Below, piece after piece: positions 1 to 8,335 of a DNA stretch of 33,578 bases. Within the stretch, counting starts at the first letter, position 1, and the number at the start of each line of letters is the position of its first letter. Both the position numbers and the translations under genes were made by a program. The stretch lies in contig JBDRNT010000011.1 of NCBI GenBank assembly GCA_043810925.1, forward strand, positions 1-33,578. The letters run 5' to 3'. Source of the stretch: Candidatus Eiseniibacteriota bacterium (GTDB taxonomy: Bacteria; Arandabacterota; Arandabacteria; Arandabacterales; Arandabacteraceae). Below the pieces are notes generated by a model. The model made no database searches, had not been told where the DNA came from, and was given only the letters and a program-made list of their open reading frames with translations.

Positions 1-656
1 GCTTGTAAGTACCGGCGGATCAAGCGCAGTACGCGCCTGTCCTTCACCTTCCGGGCGATCCGCGACATCAGAATGTCGTGGTTCACGCGGTCAAAGAACT
101 CCGCAAGGTCAATATCTACAACCCATCGGTAGCCCTCCACTACATACTTCCGCGCCTGCTCCACAGCCTGATGTGCGCTACGCCCTCGCCTGAATCCGTA
201 ACTCGACTCCGAAAAACTTGGGTCAAATATCGGCTCCAGAACCTGATGTAAAGCCTGCCCGATCAGACGATCCACCACTGTGGGAATCCCAAGTTTGCGG
301 ACTCCGCCTCCCGGCTTCGGTATCGCTACCTGCCTCACCGGCTGTGGCATGTAACCGCCTGCGAGCAACTCCGACTTGATGCGCTCCCAATGCGCGTTGA
401 GGTACGGCTTCATCTCATCGACGCTCATGCCATCGACTCCTGCACTGCCCCTGTTACCTACAACTCGATTATAGGCCGCTATCATGTTCTCGCGTCCGAC
501 CACTGCTTCCATCAATCCTCCGCCATCCCCGCAGTCGTGATCTCTCCTTGCCGTGACGCTTGACGCTCCAACTCCGGTACCTCGCGACTTCCGGCCGCTA
601 TCTCCCGGCTTGGAATCCGGCATCTCAGCCATTCTACTCCACGTCTCCTTCGCCAT
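1..656 (-). CDS. ltrA: Group II intron reverse transcriptase/maturase, N-terminal part (missing from the ORF track because it has no stop in the window)
   Basis: Manual translation: ...LMEAVVGRENMIAAYNRVVGNRGSAGVDGM...PQPVRQVAIPKPGGGVRKLGIPTVVDRLIGQALHQVLEPIFDPSFSESSYGFRRGRSAHQAV...WVVDIDLAEFFDRVNHDILMSRIARKVKDRRVLRLIRRYLQA (RT0-RT3 motifs). In-frame ATGs at 656, 632 and 512, so the start is uncertain. Confidence 0.95.
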   Translation of the reverse strand, partial: MAKETWSRMAEMPDSKPGDSGRKSRGTGVGASSVTARRDHDCGDGGGLMEAVVGRENMIAAYNRVVGNRGSAGVDGMSVDEMKPYLNAHWERIKSELLAGGYMPQPVRQVAIPKPGGGVRKLGIPTVVDRLIGQALHQVLEPIFDPSFSESSYGFRRGRSAHQAVEQARKYVVEGYRWVVDIDLAEFFDRVNHDILMSRIARKVKDRRVLRLIRRYLQ

Positions 657-1065
657 CGAAATTCAAGGCGACTGCATCTACCTCACGTTCGGCCCTTCGG
701 CACCGTCGGCGTGCCTTAATATGGCCTCTGCTGACTTCTGCCAACCCATCCCACAACCTCTCGATCGCGGTAGCACGCAGGCAGGTTGACAGACCTCCCC
801 GGGTAATGCGCACCCGCTTTCACGCCTATGCCTGCCACATATACGTACGTACTCTCCGTACAGGTATTGGACTTTGACGACATATGCCGCCTCATCCAGT
901 ACGCACGCCTCTTATGCAATTCCTGTTCGTCAGGCCGGCGCTTTGCCTGCGGCTTCCTTCAGATTCCACCTCACGGTGGACACCCTTGCCGTCCGGCTAA
1001 CACTTCCCCCTGTCGGGTGTGTAGAGGACTTGCACCTCCAAGCAAGTGCGCCCTGCCGGGCGCAC
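1..1065 (-). mobile_element. Group II intron, class IIC (5' portion; runs off the left window edge)
   Basis: The minus strand begins GTGCGCCCGGCAGGGCGCACTTGCTTGGAGGTGCAAGTCCTC at 1065 (GUGYG 5' consensus, IIC-like start). About 410 nt of non-coding ribozyme sequence follows, then an RT ORF. The 5' end lies immediately downstream of a terminator hairpin. Confidence 0.92.
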
Positions 1066-1103
1066 AAATGGGAAAGGCCCCGTCTCAAAACGAGACGGGG
1101 CCT
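1066..1103 (-). terminator. Rho-independent terminator of the 1145-1852 gene; intron target site
   Basis: Perfect 12-bp stem AGGCCCCGTCTC (1075-1086) / GAGACGGGGCCT (1092-1103) with a 5-nt loop. On the minus strand it is followed by TTCCCATTT and then the intron GTGCG. Confidence 0.85.
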
Positions 1104-1144
1104 CGAAAAACCTCTGCTACGCTATGATTCTCTTACGAGAAACT

Positions 1145-1852
1145 CTAGCGATACAGCGCCTTGATGCTGCCCCAGCTGCCGCTCTCAACAGCCGACGGAC
1201 CGAAGTCCGGGAAGCGAACACTGGCGTAATCCGGAACATGGACTTCAATCAGGTCAAAATAGAAGTCCGAATAGCAGGTATCACAGGTCGAAGGCGAACT
1301 GTACATACGTGCCTGGATCACCAGGGAGGTCCATGTCGGGTCACCCACGGCATTGAACTCCCAGCTCGCCTGCATCTGGTCCCAGCCCAAGCCAGGGCTG
1401 TAACCACTGTTGTAGTAGCCGCTGCCGGCCGAACTGACATAGACCCCGGGACAGTCGATGCAGGTAACCGCATCATGATAGCCGCCCCAGAGCCTGCCTG
1501 AAGGCGACAGATCCGGAGAGACATCGTAGCACAGGAGTTCCGCATGAACGGTGTCGCCATAGGCAAGGCCTGTTATACACGCGACCATTACATAAGGCGT
1601 GCTGGAATGCGGAGCTTCCTGCGTGTGCAGGTAATACATTCCATCGCCGGCACCCGGACACGTGTAAGGTGTTCCCGGAGGTCCGGTATTACCCGTATGC
1701 GGACCCGAGATGTTCTCGGACACAGATACGTTGCCGTACTGGCCCATGTCGGTCCCCGTACCGTCTTCCCAGCTGTAGGTATGCGTTGTTATCGCATAAG
1801 CTGCAGGCACCATAAGACACACTGCGAATGCTACCAAGAGCAACTTCTTCAT
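1145..1852 (-). CDS. Secreted Cys/Gly/Ser-rich hypothetical protein with C-terminal '[10 protein letters not shown]' tail
   Basis: Likely start is [20 protein letters not shown] (signal peptide) at 1852, behind AAGGAGGT; the ORF-track extension to 1975 overlaps the upstream gene. The protein ends [17 protein letters not shown]. Confidence 0.85.
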   Translation of the reverse strand: MKKLLLVAFAVCLMVPAAYAITTHTYSWEDGTGTDMGQYGNVSVSENISGPHTGNTGPPGTPYTCPGAGDGMYYLHTQEAPHSSTPYVMVACITGLAYGDTVHAELLCYDVSPDLSPSGRLWGGYHDAVTCIDCPGVYVSSAGSGYYNSGYSPGLGWDQMQASWEFNAVGDPTWTSLVIQARMYSSPSTCDTCYSDFYFDLIEVHVPDYASVRFPDFGPSAVESGSWGSIKALYR

Positions 1853-1961
1853 TTCCTCACTACCTCCTTCCGAAGTTCTCGTTACCACCTTGTGGTAACG
1901 CCACCTCCCATACCCCGTTTTCAACTTTGCTCTGCCCTCAATCACCCCCTTCTTGGTTAGA

Positions 1962-4871
1962 TTACCTCGATACAACCACCTTGTTTACCAGAGACCCTCG
2001 AGTAGTCTCCAGTTTCACGAAATAAATCCCTGAGCTCACCCTGCCGCCATGCGTGTTGGTCCCGTCCCACTCATGCTTGTGGGCACCGGCATCCAGGTAC
2101 TTGTCGGTCAGGGTGCTTACGAGTTCGCCCTTGACGTTGTAGATCTTAAGGGCAACATGTCCCGATGTGGGGAGTGCGAAGTTAACGACTCCGCCGTTCA
2201 TCATGGGATTGGGCTTAACCAGCATCGCGAGATTCTGAGGGGCAACCGGTATGTCACCCGCCCCGGCCCTGCCGGCGGCGCAGATATCATCTATGTTCCG
2301 GGGCTCAATCATATGCTTGCTGTAGGAGAACATCATGACGCCTCGGACAAAGAGCACGCTCTCACTGAGTGTCGGGTCATAGTCATACCAGGAGTTATCA
2401 CCAACCGTGCAAGACGTGTCGGGCACCGTGTTACTGAGTTCCCACTCGCCGTAAGTGTTCTTCTCCGCGGTAACTGTGCCGTTGTTGACCTCAACCAGCA
2501 CGCCTTCATAGACTTCATTGCTGTCGATCATACCTGAGGTTACGGCGTAAGGTGCAGGGACCGTGTTGCCGGTCGAATGAACCGTGATGGCCTCCGGGAA
2601 AAACATGGCGATCTCGGTCTCCGTGTAGTACTCCCACACACCCCCCGATACCGTGACACTGTCGCCGCGCTCAAGCGTCACGCTACCCGTTCTTTCATAT
2701 ACCTTTACACCGTCGAAGTCAGGCTTATCCGCACCGCCGTAGGAGTTCTGGATGAAGAAGTAATACGGGTTGAGCTCACCCGGTGCGGCAGTGACAATAC
2801 CCGACACGTTGACCGGCTCGCCGGCATAGGTCGAGCTGTCGGCGGGCGGCGTGACGTTCTGGACCTGGTAGATCGTATTCATTCCCACACGGAAATCATA
2901 CGATCCCCCGGCCGGTTTGCGGGCGGAGAACCCATCCGCGTTCCAGGCCTCGACGTAGTAATCCACAACTGTCTGGTCAACTGCATACGGACCTATGTTC
3001 GCTGTATAGACGCTGTCCGGAGAGGTCATCACCGTGCTGTCCCAGTTGGCACCATTGTCAGTGCTGTGGAAGAGCTTGACTGAGAGTATACCGGCGTCAC
3101 TCAGTACCGTACCGCTCACCGTTATGACATCGGTCGTGGTCGGTACGTGGGGCGTATACCTGACCTCATAGATCCTGACCGGGCCCACGATGTCATCGTC
3201 ACTCCTGGGCTCAATCTTGTAAGTAGTGAACGAGTAGTAGCCGATGCCCTGGATCGAATCCAGTGAGTCTCCATCCTGAGGTACATAAGCATAATAAGCA
3301 GCATCATCGACGATGCACGAGCCTGAGCCGTCGTTTATCTCCCACTCGCCGTTTCCGAGGCTGTCTTCCGTGACGATTGCGCCTTCGATTCTTACCAGCA
3401 CACCCTCATAGCGCTCGGCAGTGGCCGAAGCCGTGTTAAGATCGCCGGTTGTGATAACGAAAGGATCGGGCAACCGGGCGCCGCTCTTGTGTTCCTGGTA
3501 GCAGTCGGTGAACATGTAGAGCTCCGTGACGTTGTAGTACTCACTTACAAAGCCGGAGATGGTAACACTGTCGCCCACCTCAGCCTGAACCGAATAGCTG
3601 GGATCGTATACGAAAATCCCCGACCACGGACCGCCATTGGGATCCTCGACCACAAAAATAGCATCGCTCAGGGGATAACCGAATCCCCCCCGGCTCACGG
3701 TCACGATGCCCTCGATGTTCTTAGCCTGGCCAAGAACGTAAGAAGAATCGTCAGCACCAAACACCTGCTGGATGCTGCTTATCGCCGTGGTACCGACCGA
3801 GTAGCCGTAGTCGTTGTTCGGGGCATCATCCGGTTCGTAGCCTGTCGCTCCCAGGTCATCGGTGATACGAACATAGAACCTGACCTGGTACTCGTCACCC
3901 TGCGCCGGCAGGTCGACTTCCCACTGGTTGGGTTCGGCCACAACCGGAGTCATGGCAACGCTGTCAAACGGTGTATCCAGGAAGTCGGGCGGAACCCGCA
4001 CGCTGTAAAAGCACTTGACCGCAGCGACCGTTCCGTCATCATCCTCCCCGTAGACGGTGATGGTGACCTGGTCGGTGTTTGACGGCACGCAAGGACTGTA
4101 CTGAAGACTGTAGCCATACGGGGGCAGGTTCGAAGTATTCTGGGCGCGCGGCGTAGGAGCCTGCTCTTCAAAATCGACCGAGCAGTCATCGGTGTCGGTA
4201 CCGACCGGAATCCGGCCCAGACTCACGCCTTCATCAGGATACCTTGGATAGGCATCATTGGTGCCGTTGACCCCCGCGCACGCGTCGGACGTGCAGCTTG
4301 ACTGGCGGTATTCGACCGCATCGATGAGATTGCTTCTCGTAGGCTCGTCATAAAGCCACAGGGCCTCGTAGCCGGTGAAGGTGCTCGGACACTTCATGCC
4401 ATAGTCACTCGTACCCGGGAAGAGCCTTATCTGATCGTCATAAGCATCCGGGTTCTGGCAGATCGTATCATCGACCCGCGGGTCCTGCGGTTCATAGACC
4501 TGGCTGCCATCATACATCTCGAGATCGGGCAGGAAACCGAATCTGGCCTCAAAGCCATCAACCTCAAGCACGTCCCTTGCTATTACGAAATAGCCGTAGG
4601 CGTCAATACCCTTGCCAGCCGGTATCTGATGATGATGCTCACCGCAAACCGCGTCATATTCGGTTCCCGAAAGCACCCATCCCGAGAGATCGATGTAACT
4701 GCCTGTTGTGTTATAGAGCTCGATAAACTCGGCATCGTCATAGTAGTCCGGGCTGTTGACCCAGATCTCGTTGATGACGACGTCACCGGCGCTTGCACCT
4801 AGCGCAACACCGGCTGAGAGACATACGACGAGCAAGGATAAGAATACCGCTGATGCACCACGACCGTACAT
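1962..4871 (-). CDS. Secreted multidomain protein: lamin-tail domain, Ig-like spacers, two double OB-fold (YhcR/ExeM-like) modules, FlgD-Ig/T9SS type A-like CTD
   Basis: Signal peptide. LTD motif VVINEI..N...EFIELYN...DLSGW. OB motifs GDSVT.SG.V.EYY..TE and YEGVLV...IEPR..DDI each occur twice. CTD reads KPNP...LKIYNVKGELV..L...WDGTN..G.RVSSGIYFVKL. Preceded by SD AAGGAGG. Confidence 0.85.
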   Translation of the reverse strand: MYGRGASAVFLSLLVVCLSAGVALGASAGDVVINEIWVNSPDYYDDAEFIELYNTTGSYIDLSGWVLSGTEYDAVCGEHHHQIPAGKGIDAYGYFVIARDVLEVDGFEARFGFLPDLEMYDGSQVYEPQDPRVDDTICQNPDAYDDQIRLFPGTSDYGMKCPSTFTGYEALWLYDEPTRSNLIDAVEYRQSSCTSDACAGVNGTNDAYPRYPDEGVSLGRIPVGTDTDDCSVDFEEQAPTPRAQNTSNLPPYGYSLQYSPCVPSNTDQVTITVYGEDDDGTVAAVKCFYSVRVPPDFLDTPFDSVAMTPVVAEPNQWEVDLPAQGDEYQVRFYVRITDDLGATGYEPDDAPNNDYGYSVGTTAISSIQQVFGADDSSYVLGQAKNIEGIVTVSRGGFGYPLSDAIFVVEDPNGGPWSGIFVYDPSYSVQAEVGDSVTISGFVSEYYNVTELYMFTDCYQEHKSGARLPDPFVITTGDLNTASATAERYEGVLVRIEGAIVTEDSLGNGEWEINDGSGSCIVDDAAYYAYVPQDGDSLDSIQGIGYYSFTTYKIEPRSDDDIVGPVRIYEVRYTPHVPTTTDVITVSGTVLSDAGILSVKLFHSTDNGANWDSTVMTSPDSVYTANIGPYAVDQTVVDYYVEAWNADGFSARKPAGGSYDFRVGMNTIYQVQNVTPPADSSTYAGEPVNVSGIVTAAPGELNPYYFFIQNSYGGADKPDFDGVKVYERTGSVTLERGDSVTVSGGVWEYYTETEIAMFFPEAITVHSTGNTVPAPYAVTSGMIDSNEVYEGVLVEVNNGTVTAEKNTYGEWELSNTVPDTSCTVGDNSWYDYDPTLSESVLFVRGVMMFSYSKHMIEPRNIDDICAAGRAGAGDIPVAPQNLAMLVKPNPMMNGGVVNFALPTSGHVALKIYNVKGELVSTLTDKYLDAGAHKHEWDGTNTHGGRVSSGIYFVKLETTRGSLVNKVVVSR

Positions 4872-4931
4872 TACACCCTCCTTATATAGGGGTAGTTAAC
4901 CCCAGTGTTTACCCTTTCTGGCTTTTGTTAA

Positions 4932-4960
4932 ACTATACCATATCCCCGATTCTATTTCAA
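4932..4960 (-). promoter_or_regulatory. Putative sigma70 promoter for the 4871 gene
   Basis: TTGAAA-17 bp-TATAGT with an extended -10 TGn. Confidence 0.55.
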
Positions 4961-4996
4961 CCAAAATCCAAGCCGTATCACAAGCGGGGCACAAGC

Positions 4997-5307
4997 GGGG
5001 TCAGATCTTGAAATTAAGCGTTTTCGACCACGGCAAATCCTGCTCAAGATTTGCCAGAATTGCCTGAACGATGCACCTGTAAGGGCCGGTGCCGAAATCC
5101 TTTGAAACGAATCTGACCATGAGGAGCAAGATTCACCAAGCCCATAAGAATTCGCTGGTGCGACGTTTTGCCCCGCAAGCGAATGCCTTTCTTGAGCAAG
5201 GCGGGGCGAAAGGAGCACCAGCGTTCGGCCCCCGAAATGGGCAACCTGAGCGCACGAAGGCTACTTGAGCAACTTACCTGAAACACCTAGTTTCAAGACC
5301 TGACCCC
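4997..5307. mobile_element. Non-coding MITE/REP-like element bounded by inverted repeats
   Basis: Left end GGGGTCAGATCTTGAAA (4997-5013) and right end TTTCAAGACCTGACCCC (5291-5307) match at 16/17 and extend imperfectly to ~27 bp. No credible ORF inside. Confidence 0.65.
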
Positions 5308-5318
5308 CGGGGTAGGGT

Positions 5319-7001
5319 TTAGTGAGTGAGGTTTTCCAGGGGTATGAACCTCGGCAGTGCGTCCGTCAGTTCAGGAGTTACGGCGCGATCGTCATCCCTC
5401 ACTAACCTTCCCTCGATTCGGGGGGCAAGCGGGGAGTGACGCCTTACATAATCGATCACGGCCTCCTTGACCTGGATATCAGTACGGTGGACATACTCGG
5501 GATCGATCTCGGTCAGGATCTGAAGCCCTATGTTGCCGGCCGCAATGAAGTCCGTTGTGGCCACGCGGTAGATGCGGTCGGGATCCCAGGGTTCACCACC
5601 GACAGCAAGTGCGACGAGCCTGTCGAAGTCCGGGCGGGCCCGGCTGTAGGCCGCCTCTATCCCGGAGACATAGGCACCCTGTCTCATCCCCTTCACCCGC
5701 CACTCAAGCACGTGCTTAAGATACGAGCCGGTCATCTCGAAATAGACAAGTGTGTTCTCAAAAGGCACCGCCCGGAAAACATCCCGGGGTGTTATCACAC
5801 CCATTGCCAGGTTGGATCTTATACCGCCCAGGTTGGTGAACGCCACATCGGCGTCCACCGCTTCCCTCATCGCATCGGTGATCATGTTGCCCAGCTGCGA
5901 CTCACCGACACCGACCCTCGTGATATCAATCAGCGCCCTGCCTATCGGTTCATCCATTCCCACTTCAGCCGTATCGACCCATTCTTCGATAAACTCGGCC
6001 ACCTCGGCATCCGGCCAGTATTCATCCTCAAAGAGGCTTACTATCGAACCCCCGGATTCCGCAAGGTTATAGCCGACGATCTTCTTGGACCCGGGATCCA
6101 CCAGGATCTCGTACACCCCGACCCCGGTACCTCTGCCGTATGTCTGAAGGCAGATCGTATGGGTCAACGGGTCTTCCCAGCCTTGCTCCAAGCCCACATG
6201 TATGTGACCGCCGACCAGGAGATCGATACCGGGAACGTGATGAACGAGTTCCATGGCGTTCATTCCGTACCTGATTCTCTGCTCGACCCCGGTCTCGATC
6301 ATCTCCTTGTAGGCCGAGCGCACATCGTAGGGAATCCCGAGATGGGATATTACGAATATCAGATCAACCCGGCCCTTAAGCTCGGCGATGTATTTTTCGG
6401 TGACCGGCTTGACCTCAAGGAACTCCACGCGGCTCACCGTCTCCGGCAGCGAGTAGTACTCGGTCTCCTCGGTTATAAGACCGATGATGCCGATCCTCAC
6501 TCCTGCCACTTCCTTTATTATATAGGGTGTGGCCGGCGGGGGCAGACTACCGGTCTGTCTGTCAAGCAGGTTGGCGGCTACAACCGGGAACTCGGCCATC
6601 TCGATGAGTTTGAAGGCATTTTCGAGCCCCGCGTCGAACTCGTGGTTACCCGGCGCCCAGGCATCGTAACCCAGCCGGTTCATGAACTCGATCACGACCT
6701 CGCCGCCCTTGTAGTTCCCGACAGGGGACCCCTGCCAGATATCACCGGTGTCGAATAGGAGGAAGCCGTTTCCCTCCTTCTCGGCCTTCGCTCGCTGCGT
6801 CTTCACAAGCGTTGCCAATGATGCCCCCCCACCCAGCTGCGGCGGGAATTCCTCGTCCATGAAGGTCGCACCCTGCCTGTCGATGCCCCCGTGGACGTCG
6901 TTGGTATGCATAATCGTTATGTGTATGGGCTCGGCCCCGAACCCCACCGAGGCCAGAGCGGCAGTCAAGCACAGAGCCAGAATCATTACGTGTCTCATCA
7001 T
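5319..7001 (-). CDS. Periplasmic/secreted 5'-nucleotidase / 2',3'-cyclic phosphodiesterase (UshA/CpdB family)
   Basis: Signal peptide. Calcineurin-like motifs HTNDVHG, DTGD, GNHEFD, SHLG and GGHIH. C-terminal 5'-nucleotidase domain (ESQLGNMITDAMR..N.GGIRS..PFEN..YRVATTDF). Confidence 0.93.
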   Translation of the reverse strand: MMRHVMILALCLTAALASVGFGAEPIHITIMHTNDVHGGIDRQGATFMDEEFPPQLGGGASLATLVKTQRAKAEKEGNGFLLFDTGDIWQGSPVGNYKGGEVVIEFMNRLGYDAWAPGNHEFDAGLENAFKLIEMAEFPVVAANLLDRQTGSLPPPATPYIIKEVAGVRIGIIGLITEETEYYSLPETVSRVEFLEVKPVTEKYIAELKGRVDLIFVISHLGIPYDVRSAYKEMIETGVEQRIRYGMNAMELVHHVPGIDLLVGGHIHVGLEQGWEDPLTHTICLQTYGRGTGVGVYEILVDPGSKKIVGYNLAESGGSIVSLFEDEYWPDAEVAEFIEEWVDTAEVGMDEPIGRALIDITRVGVGESQLGNMITDAMREAVDADVAFTNLGGIRSNLAMGVITPRDVFRAVPFENTLVYFEMTGSYLKHVLEWRVKGMRQGAYVSGIEAAYSRARPDFDRLVALAVGGEPWDPDRIYRVATTDFIAAGNIGLQILTEIDPEYVHRTDIQVKEAVIDYVRRHSPLAPRIEGRLVRDDDRAVTPELTDALPRFIPLENLTH

Positions 7002-7011
7002 GCTACCTCGT

Positions 7012-8319
7012 TCAGAGCCCCCTCGTGATCGATATCATGCCGCTGAAGGTCGTCTCTTCAACCAGATCCGCGAAGCCGCGCGACTCTGCACAGAAGAGGC
7101 CGTCATCAAAGAGGTCGAAGTGTCTGTATTCTCTCCACCCAACCCTGACAGATGCCTCTATACCCAGTCCGTATGTCGCGAAGCCACTTCCTATCGTGAA
7201 GGCCGTCTCACTGATCTCGTCATCGACGGGGCAACCCTTGTAGATAAAGCCAAAGCGTAGCGGCTGCTGATTGTAGAATACATGCTCCACGCCGATGTGC
7301 CACTCGTATATGTCCTCCAAACCGGCATCAACAAGAGCCTCATTACCGGCATCACTCCAGGTGGTGCACTTTACATCAGCCTCGATTACCGTCATGAGTT
7401 CGTTCCTCGGCCGGAATGTCACACCCAGCGCGTAGGAAGCCGGATACTTGACCTTGAACTCCCCACCCTCATCAGTAGCCCTGGGCAGGAACTCAAGCAG
7501 TCCCCCGACAGAACTCGTGCTGTAGTCGCCCGTAAGCTCACAGCCGGTCACCACCGATGCACCCATCTCAACCCTCTTGTTGATCTCGTAAGTCCCCCCT
7601 ACTCTCACCCTTATCCCATCTATATTGGATGACGTAAAGGTATCGGAGGTTTCCGTCCGGGGTTCGTCCCAGCACTGCACTTTGATCGTATCCACATCCG
7701 AGAGCCGGCCCGTAAGATCGAAATCGCCGAAGAGGTAATCAATACCGGCACCGATCGAGAACCCGTCTCCCACCGACGCGCCCATCCCAAAGGCCAGCGA
7801 GCTGATGCTTCCGCTGTCTTCGATAAATGCCTGTGCGATCACTTTGTCGGTCGGGACCGATGAAGTGCTCCTGTCCCGTACCTCCTCGTAGAAATCATAT
7901 GTGAAATCATAGACAGGTGCATAGGCACATCCAAACGATATCCCGAGGCCCTGGGGAACCACTCCCGAGCATAAGCCTATCGCACCACGGTGGTAGAGGT
8001 TGGAGTTTCTCGAGTACGTCGTGTACCCTAAGAGAGCGTCGAAGCTGTCATGCGCCGGGAACGACCAGTCCTCCTCGATCGAGTAGAAACGGTAGGTGCC
8101 CCCAACCATGGGGCGCCCGATCTTGCTCAGCAAAGCGGGGTTCTGAAGCACCGCAAACGGTGTCTCCTCACAGAGGAGCGCGACCTCTCCCATACCGGCA
8201 CATCTGCCCGATCCCGGAAAGACCTCCGACCCGAGACCGAGGTCGAGAAAGGTGTAACCCCACGAACACGTCGCCAACGCAAGAATCAGCAGCACACCTC
8301 CTGTTCCACCTCTCCTCAT
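7012..8319 (-). CDS. Outer-membrane beta-barrel, FadL/OmpP1/PorV superfamily
   Basis: Signal peptide. N-terminal hatch-like motif SGRCAGMGE...AVLQNPALL. Amphipathic beta-strands and the KYPASYALGV motif. Confidence 0.7.
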   Translation of the reverse strand: MRRGGTGGVLLILALATCSWGYTFLDLGLGSEVFPGSGRCAGMGEVALLCEETPFAVLQNPALLSKIGRPMVGGTYRFYSIEEDWSFPAHDSFDALLGYTTYSRNSNLYHRGAIGLCSGVVPQGLGISFGCAYAPVYDFTYDFYEEVRDRSTSSVPTDKVIAQAFIEDSGSISSLAFGMGASVGDGFSIGAGIDYLFGDFDLTGRLSDVDTIKVQCWDEPRTETSDTFTSSNIDGIRVRVGGTYEINKRVEMGASVVTGCELTGDYSTSSVGGLLEFLPRATDEGGEFKVKYPASYALGVTFRPRNELMTVIEADVKCTTWSDAGNEALVDAGLEDIYEWHIGVEHVFYNQQPLRFGFIYKGCPVDDEISETAFTIGSGFATYGLGIEASVRVGWREYRHFDLFDDGLFCAESRGFADLVEETTFSGMISITRGL

Positions 8320-8335
8320 AGCTTAGTACCCCCTT

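Noticed and set aside
1-656. RT as part of a retron, DGR or CRISPR-associated RT system
   Set aside because: The sequence and upstream RNA match a group II intron. No template/variable repeat pair, msr-msd or CRISPR array is visible in the window.
553-1164. Several short ORFs (553-789, 560-877, 716-919, 828-1127, 874-1164)
   Set aside because: They overlap the group II intron ribozyme/RT start and are typical spurious translations of intron RNA.
4952-5286. Short ORFs inside the TIR-bounded element as a possible transposase or toxin
   Set aside because: No HUH, DDE or TM motifs and no convincing RBS.
5436-6758. 440-aa plus-strand ORF
   Set aside because: Antisense shadow of the 5'-nucleotidase with no motifs; expected from codon bias in GC-rich DNA.
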